Source: the human T2T-CHM13v2.0 reference genome, Homo sapiens
Assembly: GCF_009914755.1 (NCBI RefSeq)
Contig: NC_060944.1
DNA: 64,000 bases
Strand: one strand, 5' to 3'
Shown: positions 41,897-55,480 of the stretch, piece after piece
Layout: each line of letters opens with the position of its first letter
Numbering within the stretch: position 1 is the stretch's first letter
Position numbers and translations under genes: made by a program
The notes under the pieces: generated by a model
Told to the model about the DNA's origin: nothing
What the model saw: only the letters and a program-made list of their open reading frames with translations
Databases searched by the model: none

Positions 41897-44800
41897 TCAC
41901 CAGAGGCAGGATCTTGGCATCTGGACTTGATCTGCTGAGAATGAGGAGGATATGTTGTCCCCTAAGGACTGGGGCCCCAGGCTGCAAGCTGTGTGGCAGG
42001 GAGCCCACCCTCACTCAGTGAGGACCAGTGATCCAGGAAAAGCCACAGCTTCTCCCTCCCCAGCCCAGGGGCTTCCAGCATCCTGGTCTGCATGATAACC
42101 AAGAGGTCATAAACTCATTTCCATAATAACCTGAGCCCAGAAACCTGATTAGGGGGCAGCAAACTGAGGGGTGGGAGAGGTGGGAGGGTGGGCGATGAGA
42201 GGGGGAGGCTTTGAATCCAGGTCCCTGCCTACCTTGGGGGTCAGGCGAGACTGCTGGCAGAGGCTTCTCAGGGTGGCTGCTGGGCTCATGAGAGTTCTCA
42301 GGGTCTGGGAGAAATGGTGGAGGGTAAATGTTGTGAATATGGTCAGCAGGAGACCCTGGGGCTGGGGAGGGGCATAGGGGACTCAAGGTGACTGGGTGCT
42401 GCCCATCTGGAAGGAGGCAGGAGGCATGAGCCCTTCCCTTCTCCCTTCCCTCTCCACCTCCCCCTGGTGCCTCACTCACCCAGGGGCCAGGGCTGTCCAG
42501 TGGCTGTGGGGCCCAACTCCATGGGGTGAACGCCGCCCAGGGGGTGGTCCCTGTGTGGGCCATCTTTGGGGCTGAGCAACGTGATAAGAGTCCAGGAGGT
42601 TGGCACAGTGATCCTGAGTGGGTTATTGCCTCCCCGCAGCATGGTGTCCAGCCCAGGGAGTTCTGCGTTTACTGAGTTTCTTGGGGCACCCATCTGCTCC
42701 AAGTCACCCTCTCAGCTCCCTTCCTGCTCCCTCTTCAGGGGAGCCTTGGGATCCAGGCTCCAAGTGAGCCTCATGCCCTCGGCTGGCACCTCCTCTCTCT
42801 AGTCCTAACATTTCCTCCAGGCTCTGACACCACCCAGCAGCCTGGCACTCTCCAGATGCTGGCATCGCTCAGCTTCCAAAGAACCTTGGATGTCCGCCCC
42901 TTCGGCAGCTATGTCTGCTCTCCTTGCCCCTGGGTGCCCTGCTGCCCTTGATGATTCCAAGCCATCTTTGACTGTCCCCATCCCATCCCCCAAGGCCTTG
43001 TCATTTCCTGTGATGTTCCTTCAAAACATTCTCCCCTGCCCTGAGACTCCCGCCTGGGGATGAGAAGCAGCCGCCACCCTCTGCAGCGCCCCCTCCGTGC
43101 TGACACGCCAGGCTCTGGCCACCTTGCTCCTCTGCCCACAGACCCTCAATCACAACTCGCTTTGTCAGGGTCCTCTTAGCTGCCACCCGGGGCCCAGGTG
43201 GTGCCCTGCCCCTGTCTGTTATGCCCTCTGCCCCCATCTCTGGCCCAAATCATGCCATCTCCCTTGGCTTGCCCGGAGCACTCCCAAGACCAGGCTATGT
43301 CAGACATGGCCACAGAGTGCCTGCCCTGCCTAGGGCCCTGGTGCAGGGTGAGTCCTAGGACAGCCATGCTTAGTATTATGTGACTCCCCACTCCGCCACC
43401 ACCCAGGTCACAGAGAACTGGGTTAAGGCAGGGCCCTGGCACAGGGGCAGCCAGCACCACAGCTGACCAGTGGTATGGAGTGAAAAGATGTGCTGGGCCC
43501 AGCATTTGGGAACTTCAAGTGGGTGACAGAGGTGATTTGTGCAGAGGAAGTGGCAAAGGGCCAAAAACTGGTGAGACAGAGGCTGGACAGGCCTCCGGGG
43601 GCAGCATGGTACAGGGACTGCAATCTGAGCCAGGGAAAAACAGGGCGAAGTCAAGGGTGAGGCAGCCAGCTGGTGGGAGAAGCAGGAGAGTGGACAAGAG
43701 GAGCTGTACTGGGAGGTAGAGGGCCATGCCTTGCGGTGCTGGTGGTGGGGCAGGGATCCACCCCCACGCTTGACTGGGAGGCCACTGGAACCTCCTGTTC
43801 AAAGCTACTTCTTTCCATGGCCTCTGGGGCTGCTCTCTGCACCTGGGGGCAAGGCTGAGGGCCTGCCCCAGCTCCCACAGCCCCAGCAGAGCTCTGAGGA
43901 GGGGAACCGCAGGAGTAGGCTCAGGAAGCAGGCGCTCGGAGCCTACCCACTGCACGCAGGGTCCCTTCTGCAGCCCCAGCTGCATCGCTGCAGATGGGCT
44001 CCTGGGAGTCGGTAGCAACACCAGGCCAGGCCGGCCCCTGGGAGCAGAGGCAGCAGGACGCTGAGGAGCATGGCCAGCAGGAAGGTGTCATGGTCTGCGG
44101 GGATTGGGGGAAGGGGCGCTGAGTCCTGAGCAGGTGCACCACCCCAGCTCCTGCCCACATGCCCCCCACTGGCATACTTTCAGCCTGCACAGGGCCACTG
44201 TCCATGCTGCCACCAAAGCCTGGCTTGTCACAGAAGGGTGGAGCCCAGCCTGGAGCACAGTGGCAGTTATGGTTGCTATTGCAAACCTGCAGAGAAGAGA
44301 AGAGGAGGGTCACGTAGGATTAGGAACCCCAAGGTCACCCCCACTCCTCGGGCTCTCACCCCGTGGCTGTGGCAGGCAGTCAGGCAGCGCTGAAGCTCCT
44401 GGAAGGCATTCTTCCTGCAGCGCCTGCTCTGGCACACCTACGGGCAGTGCACCAGGCAGTGAGGGGGACACTGGCCTGCGGGATTCAAACGGCAAGGAGG
44501 GGTCGGGTGGGCAGAGCTCACCATTCTAGGTCCACACTGGGTGCCTGGCTCTACCAGGCCCAGGCCAAGCAGGTCCAGCTGGGCACTGGGGAGTGCCAAG
44601 GCTCCCCGACAAGTCACTTCCTGGCCATCTAGGTGAACGGTAGAGTCCACTGGCACCATGTGCGGTGCGAGCAGGCTGGGCTTTCCACCCTGGCACTGCA
44701 GCTTCCCACACAGGGCATCCCTGGGGAGGAAGTAGAGGGGGGTCAACAGCTGCAGTACCCCCCTTCCCCAAACCCACTCCATAGCTTCTGCTCCCTCCAC

Positions 44801-47800
44801 TCAGCTCCACTCCCTACCTCCCTGCACAGGGCAGGAAGTGGCCCTCGCTGTCCTGGCCGCAGTTTCCATGAGCATCTCCCGCAGAGTTCACCACCTGGAA
44901 ACAGGCCTCGGGAGCTGGGTGGGAGCCTGAGGAAGCATGGGCCAGGCTGGGGGCAGCTCGGAGAGGGGCTGCGCTCAGCGGGCCTCAGTTTCCCCTGCCC
45001 ATCTTCCCCACAGTAGAAAACTGGCCCCACCAGAGGATGGGGGGCAGGGTGCAAGGGTGCTCGTGTCCTCTCACCAGGCCCCCAGAGCTGCTGGCACTGC
45101 TGCTCCAGCGTGGGACATGCGCCATCCCAGCAGTAGCCACTGCCCCTGGCACAGGGTGAGCCGTCCAGTAGGTAAACGTCTGGGGGACAGTGGGAGGAGG
45201 TGCCCGTGCAAAACTCAGGGAGGTCACAGTCACCCATGGCCTGGCGGCACAGCGCTCCAGCCGGCTTCAGCTGCGCAGGTGACGGGTGGTGGGGAAGGCA
45301 GAGAGAGGCCACGTGCAGTGAGAGGTCCATGCCGAGAGCGCGGCTCGGAGCTGGGGGAGCCAGGCCTACCCAAGCCCAGCACCCAACGGGGGAACCTGAG
45401 GGCACCAATTAACTAAGGCCAACAGGCCGGCTCCCAAGCTCCCCGAAACCCTCACCCTGAACCTTCCATGCCCTCACCAGGCAGCGCACGCAGCAGTCCC
45501 CGTGGGCGCACTGGGCCCCCGGGCGCAGCGAGCAGTTGTGAGCAAAGCAGCAGAGGTCGCGGCACTCCTGGGACCAGAAAGGCAAGAAGGGCCCAGGTGA
45601 GGGCGCAGCGCCCCAGACCTGAGCGGAGAGGGCAAGTGGGGGCCGGGCGAGCCGACTTAACCTGGCCAGGGCCGCAGTCACACTCCTCGCCCGCTTCCAC
45701 GAAGCCGTTCCCGCAGAGCGCCGGCGGCACCGGGAGTCCGGGGTCCGGGGCATTGGAGAGGCAAGCGCCGCCCCCCTTGCGGAAGAAGGCGCGCAGCTGG
45801 CGGCGGCTGCAGGCGCTGAACACGCGCGGAAACGGGTGCCTACCGGCACGGGGAGGGCATTGGGCATGGAGGGACAGTCCCCCAACCCCCGCGCTTCTCT
45901 GATCCCCACCCCTGGGCTTGGCTACAGCCGCCAGACGCGCAGAGCCCAGAGAGGGGAAGTAACCCGCGCAAAGTCACACAACAAGCGGGACAGGGGACGA
46001 TGCGGCCCCAATAGTGAGCAGCCCGGGACCCAAGGTGGAATCGCGACCCGACGGTGCTCCTCCCGGTGTAGGAGTAACCTCGCCAGGTTACTCGGAAAAT
46101 AATCTTCATACCGTTGAGAATCCACTTTGCCTGAGCTTCTTCCCTTTAAGCCTCATAAACCACCCTGAAGCGGACACTATGATCATTATCCCCATTTTAC
46201 AGAAGAGGAAACTGAGGGACGACCAAAGAAACGCAGCGGAGGAAGTCCCCAGGACTAGCCGCCCCGCCGCAGCCCCGACCCCCCACCCGCGTACCCGGTG
46301 GCCGCAGCCATGACGCAGCCTCCGGACTCGGCCGCAGCCTCCACGCAGCAGCCGTCGGGGTCGTGGCTGAGGCCGAGGCTGTGGCCGATCTCATGGGCCA
46401 TGGTGGCTGCGGCGCCGATGGGGAGCTCCGAGTGGTCCTGGGGGGCCGTGGGAGGGCGGTCACTGCGGCCGTAGAGCCTCCTGTCTCTCCCTCGCCCCCG
46501 CCCGCGGGGCTCACCGTGCTCACGCCTCCCGAGCTCTCGGCGCGGCACATGCCCTCGACGGGCGCCAGGCCCACTGTGGCGCCCTGGAAGGCGCGGCCCC
46601 TGGGGGCGGAGCGCGGCGTGACCAGGCGGGGCCGGGAGGTGAGGCCGCCCCACCCGGGACCCGCGTCCGGGTCAGAGGCACCCACGTGAGCAGCTGCGCG
46701 GAGTCGTGGGGCCGCTGCGCCCACAGCCCCCGGCGCCACTGCAGGAAGGCCCAGAGCGTGGCGTTGGCGTCCTGCGTGACGCGGCTGCGGTCCCGCTCGG
46801 TCCACACCTCCAGGCCGGTCAGCGCCACCTGAATGTCCAGAGTCCTGAGAAGCTGAGGGCGAGGCGGGGCTGAAGCCGGGACAGGGCGCCCCATCGCGCC
46901 GGTGGTCCTTCGTGGGGCGCCCTTCCTCTTCCCCAAACCCCACCAGCACCTGCCTGTCCTGCCGCCGCCACCCCCATCACCGCTCTCTCCCCGCCGCCCC
47001 CAACCTGGTCCACGTAGTTGGCGACTTCCAGGAGACGCTGTTTGGTGTGGTTCAAGTTTCGGTGCCGAGTCAAGAACTGGGAAGGCAGAAATCCCGGTGG
47101 CTTGAGGGGCTGAGCTGGCCCCATCCCTGACCCCGCCAACCCCTGGGGTCTCTCCTCACCAGGGTGTGGTCTGCCACAATGTACAGTTCCAGGTACTTCC
47201 GGGTCCTGCGCGCTTCTCGCCTGCCCTGCGGAGGTGCAAATGGGGACCCTGAGTGGAAGCTGCTGGGCTTGAGCCCTGACCACCAATCCCAGCTCCCAGA
47301 AGGAAGTTTAACATGTTTTCTGGAACTTGTTTCTTCAGACTTCAATAAAAATACTGGGACTCGAGGCCTGTGAATTCCCGTCTCTTCTGATTTGGAGGGC
47401 TATAGATACAGCATTCCCACTCCCATCCGATCGATGCCCCTGACCCTGCTCTGGGGACCACCAGGAAGGCTGGTCATGCCCGCTTTGTTCCCAGGATCCC
47501 TGTGGCCACAGGTTCCTTTCCAGGTGAGCAGCTGCTCCATCCGAAAGATCTCGTGGGTTGAGAAGTCCTTGGAGCCCCGGGGTGGCCAGGGACGCAGATA
47601 ATAGCTGGCATTCCTGCTGAGGGTGATCAGGCCACTAGGGTGCAGAGGGGTAGGAGCGGGTGTGAGGGAGCTCTTTCCCCATCCCAGGCCCAGCCTCCTC
47701 TCCCAGAGCTCACCTCATCCCAGAGCAGGTGCAGAGGACTACCCAGGAGTCGGGGAAGCCCCTTACTCGCCCTTGGTAGTGGCAATGATCCTAGGGAGGA

Positions 47801-50800
47801 AGGGGCCAGCCCCAAATCTCAGCCAGGGCTGGAGCAAGAGGGGCAAGAGGGAGGGTGTGGTAGGGGCTGGCTCCAACCGCCCCTTAGGAATGCAAGGAGG
47901 AGTAGGGGTAGGAATGGTGGGGGGGTACCTCTGGCGGTGCATCCCAGAGCCCATGGAAGCATCTCACCGTGTGGTTGGGGGCCAGCACCACTGGCTGCCC
48001 ATCTGGGCCGTAGTGGGTTTCTATGTATCCTGGGGCCAGCAGCCTGCTGAGAGGGGGTGTTACAGGGAACACTGAATTCAGCTTCCTCCTGCCTCCTCCA
48101 GGATGTCTCCCAGCCTTCCTCCCTAAATGCTAATGGAGCAGCTTTATGAGTGAGACACTCACAGTGTGTCTTAGGGAAGGGACAGGAGCAATGGTGACTT
48201 GCTCAGATCAGAAACTCTTGGGGCTAGAGGAAGGAGGCTTGGTGATGGCTTAGTTGTGGGAGGTGTGAATATGGGAAGCACCAGGGAGGACGCCGGGGAG
48301 GAGTGGGAATAGGGGAAGAGTTTGTGGTTCCCAGGGGACCTGCAGCAGGCAGCAGGATCCACAGGATCGGGAGGGGAGGAGTCAGGAGACACTGCCGAAG
48401 AATGGGACTTGGAGTTGGGGAAATGCGGTGACCTCCCCCAGTTCCCCTGCCTGCTGCCCTCCTTTGTTGGGCATCTGGTCGACCCTCTTGCCCCCACCTG
48501 CCCTAGATCCTTGAAATATTTTCCTCAGACTTCTAGACCCCACATACCTCCCACCTGTCCTTCAGTGATTGATGCTCACCCCCTGCCTCCAGAGAAAACA
48601 GAATCGCCACCTGCCCACGCTGCTTCCACCCTCCCTGCCTTCTCCACACCCACTCCGGTAATGATTCCATCTTCAGGCTCCATCTCAACAGGATCTTTCC
48701 CACACGGATGGATCAATCATAAGTCAATCTGTCTTCTTTAAAGAAAATCCTTAACCCAACCTCACCTTGGCCTCATTACCTCCAGACCACCCGCTAATGA
48801 TGGCTGCTTCCCCCCTCCCAGGCATTCCACCACCTGCCCCAGCTCTGCCCCCTACCCCTGCCCCACACACACCCGCCACCCTAGGAGGTAGGTGATGTGA
48901 CCACCCCATTGAAAGGGTAGGGACGTCGGGAAAATATGGTTGGGCACAGTGGAACTAGAGTTTGTTCCCTGTCCATCCGACTCCACGAGGGAGAATAAAA
49001 TACGTGTCAAGTGCTCAGAACAGCGCCTGCGGTCAAGCACTCAGTAGGTGATATATACTGATAACATAATCTGGGTGGTTTTAAGAGCCTGCGCTCCAGC
49101 CCGGACACCCACCCCACCCAGCCCAAGGCACCTTCCTGAGCACAGGTCTGCCTGTCCCTTCCCCAGCTCAAAATCTTTGGCTCTGGATGGTCCAGGACAC
49201 TGAGCACCAAAATGGCCTTCTGTGATCTGGCCCTCCTGGGACTCTCCAAATTCATTCCCCCCTGCTCCCCTCCCTGTAGATGGAGACCTTCCAGGCAGGT
49301 CAGACAAACTGCTGCCCCCAAGTGTAGCCACTGCATCTTTTTCTTTTTTCTTTTCTTTCTTTTTTTTTTTCTTTTTCTTTTTTTTCTCTTTTTTTGAGAC
49401 GGAGTCTCACTCTTTGCCCAGGCCGGAGTGGTGCAGTGGTGTGATCTTGGCTCACCACAACCTCTACCTCCGGGGTTCAAGCGATTCTCCCGTCTCAGCC
49501 CCCTAAGTAGCTGGGATTACAGGCGCCGCCACCACGCCTGGCTAATTTTTTGTATTTTTAGTAGAGACGGGGTTTCACCATGTTGGCAAGGCTGGTCTCA
49601 AACTCCTGACCTCAGGTGAGCCGCCCGCCTCGGCCTCCCAAAGCCACCGCATCTTGGTCCCTGCCATTCCCTTAGCCTGGGGTGCCGGCTCATCTTTTCC
49701 CTCTAGGATTTCTTTAGACTCAGCATATCTTGCAAATGTCCACTAGGTGGTGCTCACTCATCGCCAGCAGGGAGCTAACAAGCCGCTCCTGGGGTTGGGA
49801 GGGCGGAGGTGCCCCACAGCGGGGCTGACAGCCTCAGCGGTCCTCTTCAGCCTCCAGGGAGCCAACCACAGGCCTGCGTGACTCTCCCTGTCATCTGCAC
49901 CCTCTCTGGGGTCCTCTGCCCATCCAGCCACCCGCACAGATCTGTGTCAGTCCCTGCCCCCCAACACTGATCCCCTCCTCCCAGCCCTACCCCAGCCTGG
50001 CACTCACTGGTTCTTCTCCAGCTCAAGCAGGAGCTCCTGGCCTTCAGCCTCCAGGGCCACCAGCCCCATGTCTGGCTTTGAGACCTGGGCAAGAAAGAGT
50101 GTGGAGCTGAGATGGTGGCCTCCAGGCCTCCTGCCTGCCAGGGAGTAGGTGGCCTGTGGAGCCGGCTGGGGAGGAAGTTCTTGGGGAGAACGTGGGCTGG
50201 GGAGTCAGCAGGACCCCCCACATACTATGGAGGGCGTGGAGGAGGTGAGAACATACAAAGATGTTCCCAAACTCAGGATGTTTGCAGTCCTGACAACAGC
50301 CACTTGGAAGGGCGTTGGCACAGCCTGCCAGGCACACCAGCATCCTCCCTAGAGACCAGAGGTCCCAGAAAGGTGCCCCTCCCCTGGCCCGCCCTCTTCT
50401 TTCATGCCCAGAAGGGGCATCAAAAGCAGGGGAAGACAGAGGGGTGCTGAGGACATTATGGGGGCATCGGGTAGCCATGGTCAGGGCCTCCTCAGAGCCT
50501 CTGCCACCTGAGGCTTGTTTCCAAATGAGCTGCTGCTCATTCCCTATAGAATTCAAATTTGACTCCTCCACTTCCAATTTTGGCAAACTGCTCCCTCTTC
50601 CAAAGTTTTCCTGGGCCTCCAGCAGCCCCCGTCCCTCCGGCTCCGACACCTGCTTCACTGGACCCACGAAGTAAACATGGACGCCATTCCAGCCAAGAGA
50701 GCACACTGGCTCTCAGCTAGGTGTCAGGAGGCTGGCTTGGACGGCCAGCCCTCTCTCCTTCCCCCACCCTCTTGGCGTCTCCCACCCTGTGGGAACACCC

Positions 50801-53800
50801 CACTTCCCCCTTGTCCACTCAGCCTGGCTGGGGGCCCAGAGTTGGAGCCGGCCCAGGAGCTTCCTGGGAGGCTGCTGCGCCTTCGGAATGTTTAACCCCC
50901 GACTCCTTTTCTCCAAAAATGCACTGGCCTGGGGCCCTGTCCAAGGGTCTCAGAGTCTTTGGAGGGAGTTCTTCCTTCGCAAGTGGGGAGCAGATGGTCC
51001 TTGCCTCCCTGGCCACAGGCCCCACAAGGCCTCCAGCATGAGCTCATGAGGCTGGAATGCCACTTGCTTTATTGGGGAAAGGTCTGCACCGGGAAAAAGG
51101 CCATACTCGAGGTCCCTGTTCCTCTGCAGCCCCTGCTATCTTTACTCTTGCCCTCCTGGTACCCTGCCCCTTGATATATACCCCTCATCTTGAAATGTGA
51201 GTGTTTCCTGCCTTTTGGAGGGGACACCTAGCCTCTACTCTTTCTTCTGTACCATCTTGGCAGGCTTCCTGGGGGCAGGGGCCCACCGGTGGGGGAAGCA
51301 GAGCCCCTTTGGGGCTCTCCTCTTGGTCACAGCCCAGGCCAGACAGACAGGGAGGCCCAGAGGCAGAGTGACCCCAGTGTGTGTCCAGCCTTCCCCTCCT
51401 GGGGATGGGGAGGGCAATCTCAAAGCTCAGGCCAGTGCCGTGCTTGACCAGTGGAATGGGGGCCTTATGGGCCTAGGGGATCCCAGTGAGGGCCCTGGGT
51501 TGGGAGCTGCTGGGTCTCTGGGGGCCTCTCAGCCTTCATGGCAATGCTCCCCTGCCTTCCCTCTTGCTGGATTTGGACAGTAGGGCTGAAAATTCCAAAC
51601 AAAGAGGGCTCTCTAGGAGGGGCAGGGGTGTAGCCAATGGTTTAAAATCGTTCAGACCTTAGTGGGTCTCAGGCTCCCAGCCTAAAGAGCTGTGTGACCA
51701 TGGACAATTTCCCCAAGCTCTCTGGGCTTCCGTTTGCCCCTCTGTAAAATGAGCATATCAAGGCTACTGCCCTCTTAGTTTGCAGCACAGATATTATGGC
51801 ACAAACAGATGGGGCATGGTTATTCTGGAAGCGTGTGAAGAGCGGGATTGGGAAGAGGCTGGGGCAGAGCGTCCTGCAGAAGAAGCACATGGGGTGGTCT
51901 TACATCTGGGGGACATCAGGAGAGTGACCACTGCCCCCCCGATACCAGAAGTGGATTCCACAGGAGCCAGTGAGGCTGAAGGTTCAGGCCTTCGTGGCAG
52001 GGCCCTGAGAGGGACAGCAGTGTGTCCACAGGGTCACATGTTCTGGTCAACTTTGCAAAAGGTTTTCTTTTTGGTGCTTTTTTTTTTTTTTTTTTTTTAG
52101 AGGCTCCTGAAAAGCTTCAGGACCCACAAACTCTGGACCCATTTCTGCCTGGTGGGGGTGGGGGTGGCCCAGATCATCCAGGGAGGGAGGGAAAGAGGGA
52201 GGTGGGGTGGAGAAAGCTGAAATGACTTCCATGTGTGCGGGCTCACGAGATCCAGATGTCCAAACCCCAGTGCCTTCTTCTGCCCACTTGAGGGGCAGGG
52301 GAGGCAGGGGCCTATAGGAGTAGTGACTTGGTGGTTCTGGGGACCCCAGCAAAACTAGAAGCTGTAATGTAGGGAGAGACAAAAGGGCTGGGAGGTTCAG
52401 GGCCCCTGTGGAGGGCGGGGAGACATGGCACTGACCGGCTCCTCCAGGCTGACGGTGCGCCAGGGTTGTCCATCCAGGACCCAGTGCGGGGTGACTGGCT
52501 GCCCAGGGATATGTCCTGGAGTAAAGACAGAGCACAGGGTGAGGGGGACCTGAGGAACACAGGGGCATGGGACAAAGCAGAGGGAGGGGGGTAGAGGACA
52601 TCCCCAGGGAGGCACTGGAGGCCTTTTGGGGCAGACTTCACCTTCAACACGCGTGGGCTCAGCCTGGAGAAGGAGGGACGCCCGTGGGCATCCTTGGATC
52701 TGAGGAGCTATCAAGGAGGAGGAAAAGAGAAGGCTGGAAAGGGACAGCTCAGCTGGGGACACGGGAGTCCCCTGACCTTTGTCGGGGGGCAGGCTTGGGC
52801 TCGGCGATCACAAGGAAGAGGCCAAGGCCGCCAGTGCAGAGGGGAAGGAAAGAGCGCGGCAGCCTTAGGGATTTTTAGATGGGCAGCAGATGCCTTTAGG
52901 GTGAGAGATGTACGAAGAGAGGACACTTGTGCCCCCCCCATCATCTGAGAAAAACAACAGCCAGATGTTGCCTTGCGAGGTCCACCTTGCCCAGAGCTCC
53001 CTCGGGGACTCTGTCCTGGTGGCAGGGTTTTGGTACCCTGGCCCAGAAGGCCCCTCCTCATCTCTTCAAGGGGAGGGGACGCTTCCGGACGGAGCCTTGG
53101 TGCTCCCTGGCCGGGTGTGCCTAAGGGGGCTCTAGGAGGAATCCCAGAGCCAAGCATTACTCAGAGGGCGCCTGGAATGTTCCCCTGGAATGCTCCCAGC
53201 CCTCCACTGGCCCCAACCACTCTCACAGGCCCGCCCTGCAGGACCCAGGCCCCAGGCACCCAGAGCCTGCAGCAGCCCTCCTTCCCCCGGTACCCAGTCC
53301 CAGCTCCCAGAACAGACAGCCTCCCGCCTCCACGCAGCCCTGGCCTCAGTCCTGCTGGGCTGATGGCTGCCTGTGGAAGTGACTCAGCTCCTGCTAGGCC
53401 ACCCCAACTCCTTTTTTCTCCTCCACCTTCTCTCCCAGACTACAAACATCAAAGACCCTTCCTCCAAGAAGCCCTCCTTGATTGGATGAGTGAATTGCCA
53501 TCAGGCAGATGAGGGCCGAGAGGAGTCTGCCACCTTGGAAAGGAGGCTAGAGGGGCCAGTGCAGGGAGGGCTCTGAGTGGATGTGGGGGAGGGGAAGGAG
53601 GGGAGGTCTCTCAGCCCAGAGAGCACTTAACTGAGAGTAGAGAACCAAGCTTTGCTGCTCCTAGGCCTCTAAGGGTTTGGGGAAGAGGTAGGGTGGGCCC
53701 GGGCACAGGTGTGGTGTGGGTGCAGTGTGGTGTGTGGGTGCTGTCCACATGGCCTTGCGCGCACGTGCTGGCCACGGGCACCCTGACCCCAATGAGGGAG

Positions 53801-54948
53801 AGAGGGGCAGAGCTGGAGCTGGAGCTGGAGCTCCGGTGACCGGGTGAATGGGGGTGGAACCCGAGGGAGCCAGGCTGGTATTGGGCACATAGACGCCCCT
53901 CTCCCAGGGGTCCCATCACCTCCCCTGACCCCAGGATAGGGCTCAGAGGGGAGGGAGCAGTGGACCGCCTGGGGCCCTCCCCTGGGGCCAGAACAGACCA
54001 GGCCCCTGTACCTGTTTGGTCCCCACACAGTGCTGTGGAAGCCACCGCCCAGTCTGCATAGCACAGCCCAGCCCCGCATGCCCCCTCCCTGGTTGCCCTC
54101 CCTGTTCCCGGCCAGGCACTTGCTGTGCAGGACTGGCTAATCCTCCCACCCGCTTGCAGAGGTTGTTCCAGCCCCATCTTAACATCTTTGTTTGGAGGGG
54201 TTACCCCGAGGAGACAGCTGCAGTCTTCCCAGAGCACTGCTAAACAGACACCTTCTATCTGGAGAGGCCCTTCTCTATCTCACCAAACAAGGCAACAATA
54301 TAAACAACATACACACTGCCCTGCTGCCCTGGGAGGAGGGACGAGGGGTGAGCAGGGTGGAGGCCACAGCTAGTTCTGCAGCCTGAGAGCAAAGCAGGGA
54401 CTCTGGGGGACTCTTGGGCATGGGGGCTTCCTAGAGGATGGAGCCCCGCTGAGTCCTAAGGGGTGGAGGAGCAGGAGCGGGTCACACGGTGGCCTGCGGA
54501 TGGAAGCTGGTTGTGAGAGCGAGAATCCAGGAAGAGGGGGCTACGGCTATGGGCTGGGGGCTGGGCTGCCCCCGAGGGGGAGGGAGCCATGCCCTCTGCT
54601 TTGCCAGCGGAGTGGCAGCCGGGCAGTGTGGGCAAGTCCGGGCCCGGGGCCAGCCCAAGCACACTTGAGCGTCCCTGGGCAGGTCCCACGGAGACCCCCC
54701 CAAAGAGTCCCCACGCCCTGACCTACTGGCCGTATGGTGCCGGGGCCGTGAGACCCTCCGCGCGCTGACCCGAGCTCTGAGCAGAACCCATCCCCGCCAC
54801 CACCACCGCGCCTAGCCTGCCCCTCAGGGCGCACCCCGCCCGCGTCCTCACCTTGAAGCACCCCGGCGCCTGGCACTGGCCAGAGCAGCAGCAGTAGTAG
54901 CAGCAGCAGCAACGGGGTCCCCCGAGCTCTCCGGGGCCTCCAGCCCAT
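41897..54948 (-). CDS. ADAM33: ADAM metallopeptidase domain 33, 813 aa, 22 exons: 54948-54852, 52515-52436, 50084-50008, 48046-47968, 47790-47714, 47634-47445, 47225-47160, 47076-47005, 46852-46686, 46599-46515, 46437-46295, 45839-45662, 45567-45478, 45270-45075, 44926-44818, 44720-44522, 44437-44360, 44286-44178, 44094-43947, 42571-42480, 42304-42233, 41934-41897
   Basis: Exons sum to 2442 nt with consistent phases. Protein has the [24 protein letters not shown] signal, a pro-domain ending RGRR, the zinc motif [12 protein letters not shown] with Met-turn, disintegrin ([15 protein letters not shown]), Cys-rich, EGF and TM ([23 protein letters not shown]) regions, and a tail ending [10 protein letters not shown]. 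Confidence 0.98.
45450..47250. promoter_or_regulatory. Intragenic CpG island over ADAM33 metalloprotease/disintegrin exons
   Basis: Dense CpG including the short introns. Confidence 0.7.
46150..46220. mobile_element. MIR core in ADAM33 intron 11
   Basis: ATTATCCCCATTTTACAGAAGAGGAAACTGAGG. Confidence 0.7.
49338..49650 (-). mobile_element. AluS with (TTTTC)n tail
   Basis: Alu consensus, small deletion near its 5' end. Confidence 0.9.
51640..51800. mobile_element. MIR
   Basis: GCTGTGTGACCATGGAC...CTCTCTGGGCTTCCGTTTGCCCCTCTGTAAAATG. Confidence 0.65.
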
Positions 54949-55480
54949 AGCTGTGAGCTCCTCGGCCTCTAGGCAGCGGCTCGCAACTCCGGCTCCGCCC
55001 AGGCTGGATTGCGGCCGACCCGTGCCCGGTGCAGCCTCAGGCCGCCGCCTTCGGACCTTCCCGCCCCCACCTCCCACCGCCCGCCCTCGCTCCCGCCTCC
55101 CCTCCCCGCCAACCCCGCTCGGAGCCTGGCCAGGGGCCCCGACGGCGCGCGCCATGGGGGAGCCGGGTCGCCACTCCCGGACCGCCGCCCCTCGAGGGGG
55201 TGGAGCTGGGCGGAGGAGGGAATCCGTGCGGCCCCTCGGATGACCGGCCCGAGCCGTCCCTCCCCGTCGGTCTCAGAGGGCCTCTACTCCTGAGAGGAGG
55301 AGAGAACCGCTGGGAAGGTTCTTGGAGGACCGCGGCGTGGTGGGATGAGGCGGTGGGCAAAGGCCGCCTCTCGCTGCTGAAGTTGGCCCCAGGAGCGCGA
55401 TCTTCCGTGGTCTCCTGGGGCCGATCTCTGTCCCCTCCTTGCTACCCGTCCTGCCCCGAGGGTGCCCTGGCGGAGGTTGA
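54650..55480 (-). promoter_or_regulatory. ADAM33 CpG-island promoter with GC boxes
   Basis: CpG-rich; several GGGCGG/GGGGCGG (plus-strand CCGCCC) upstream of the ATG; no TATA box seen. Confidence 0.8.

Noticed and set aside
53808-53833. (GAGCTG)x4 resembling immunoglobulin switch repeats
   Set aside because: Too short; an ordinary microsatellite.
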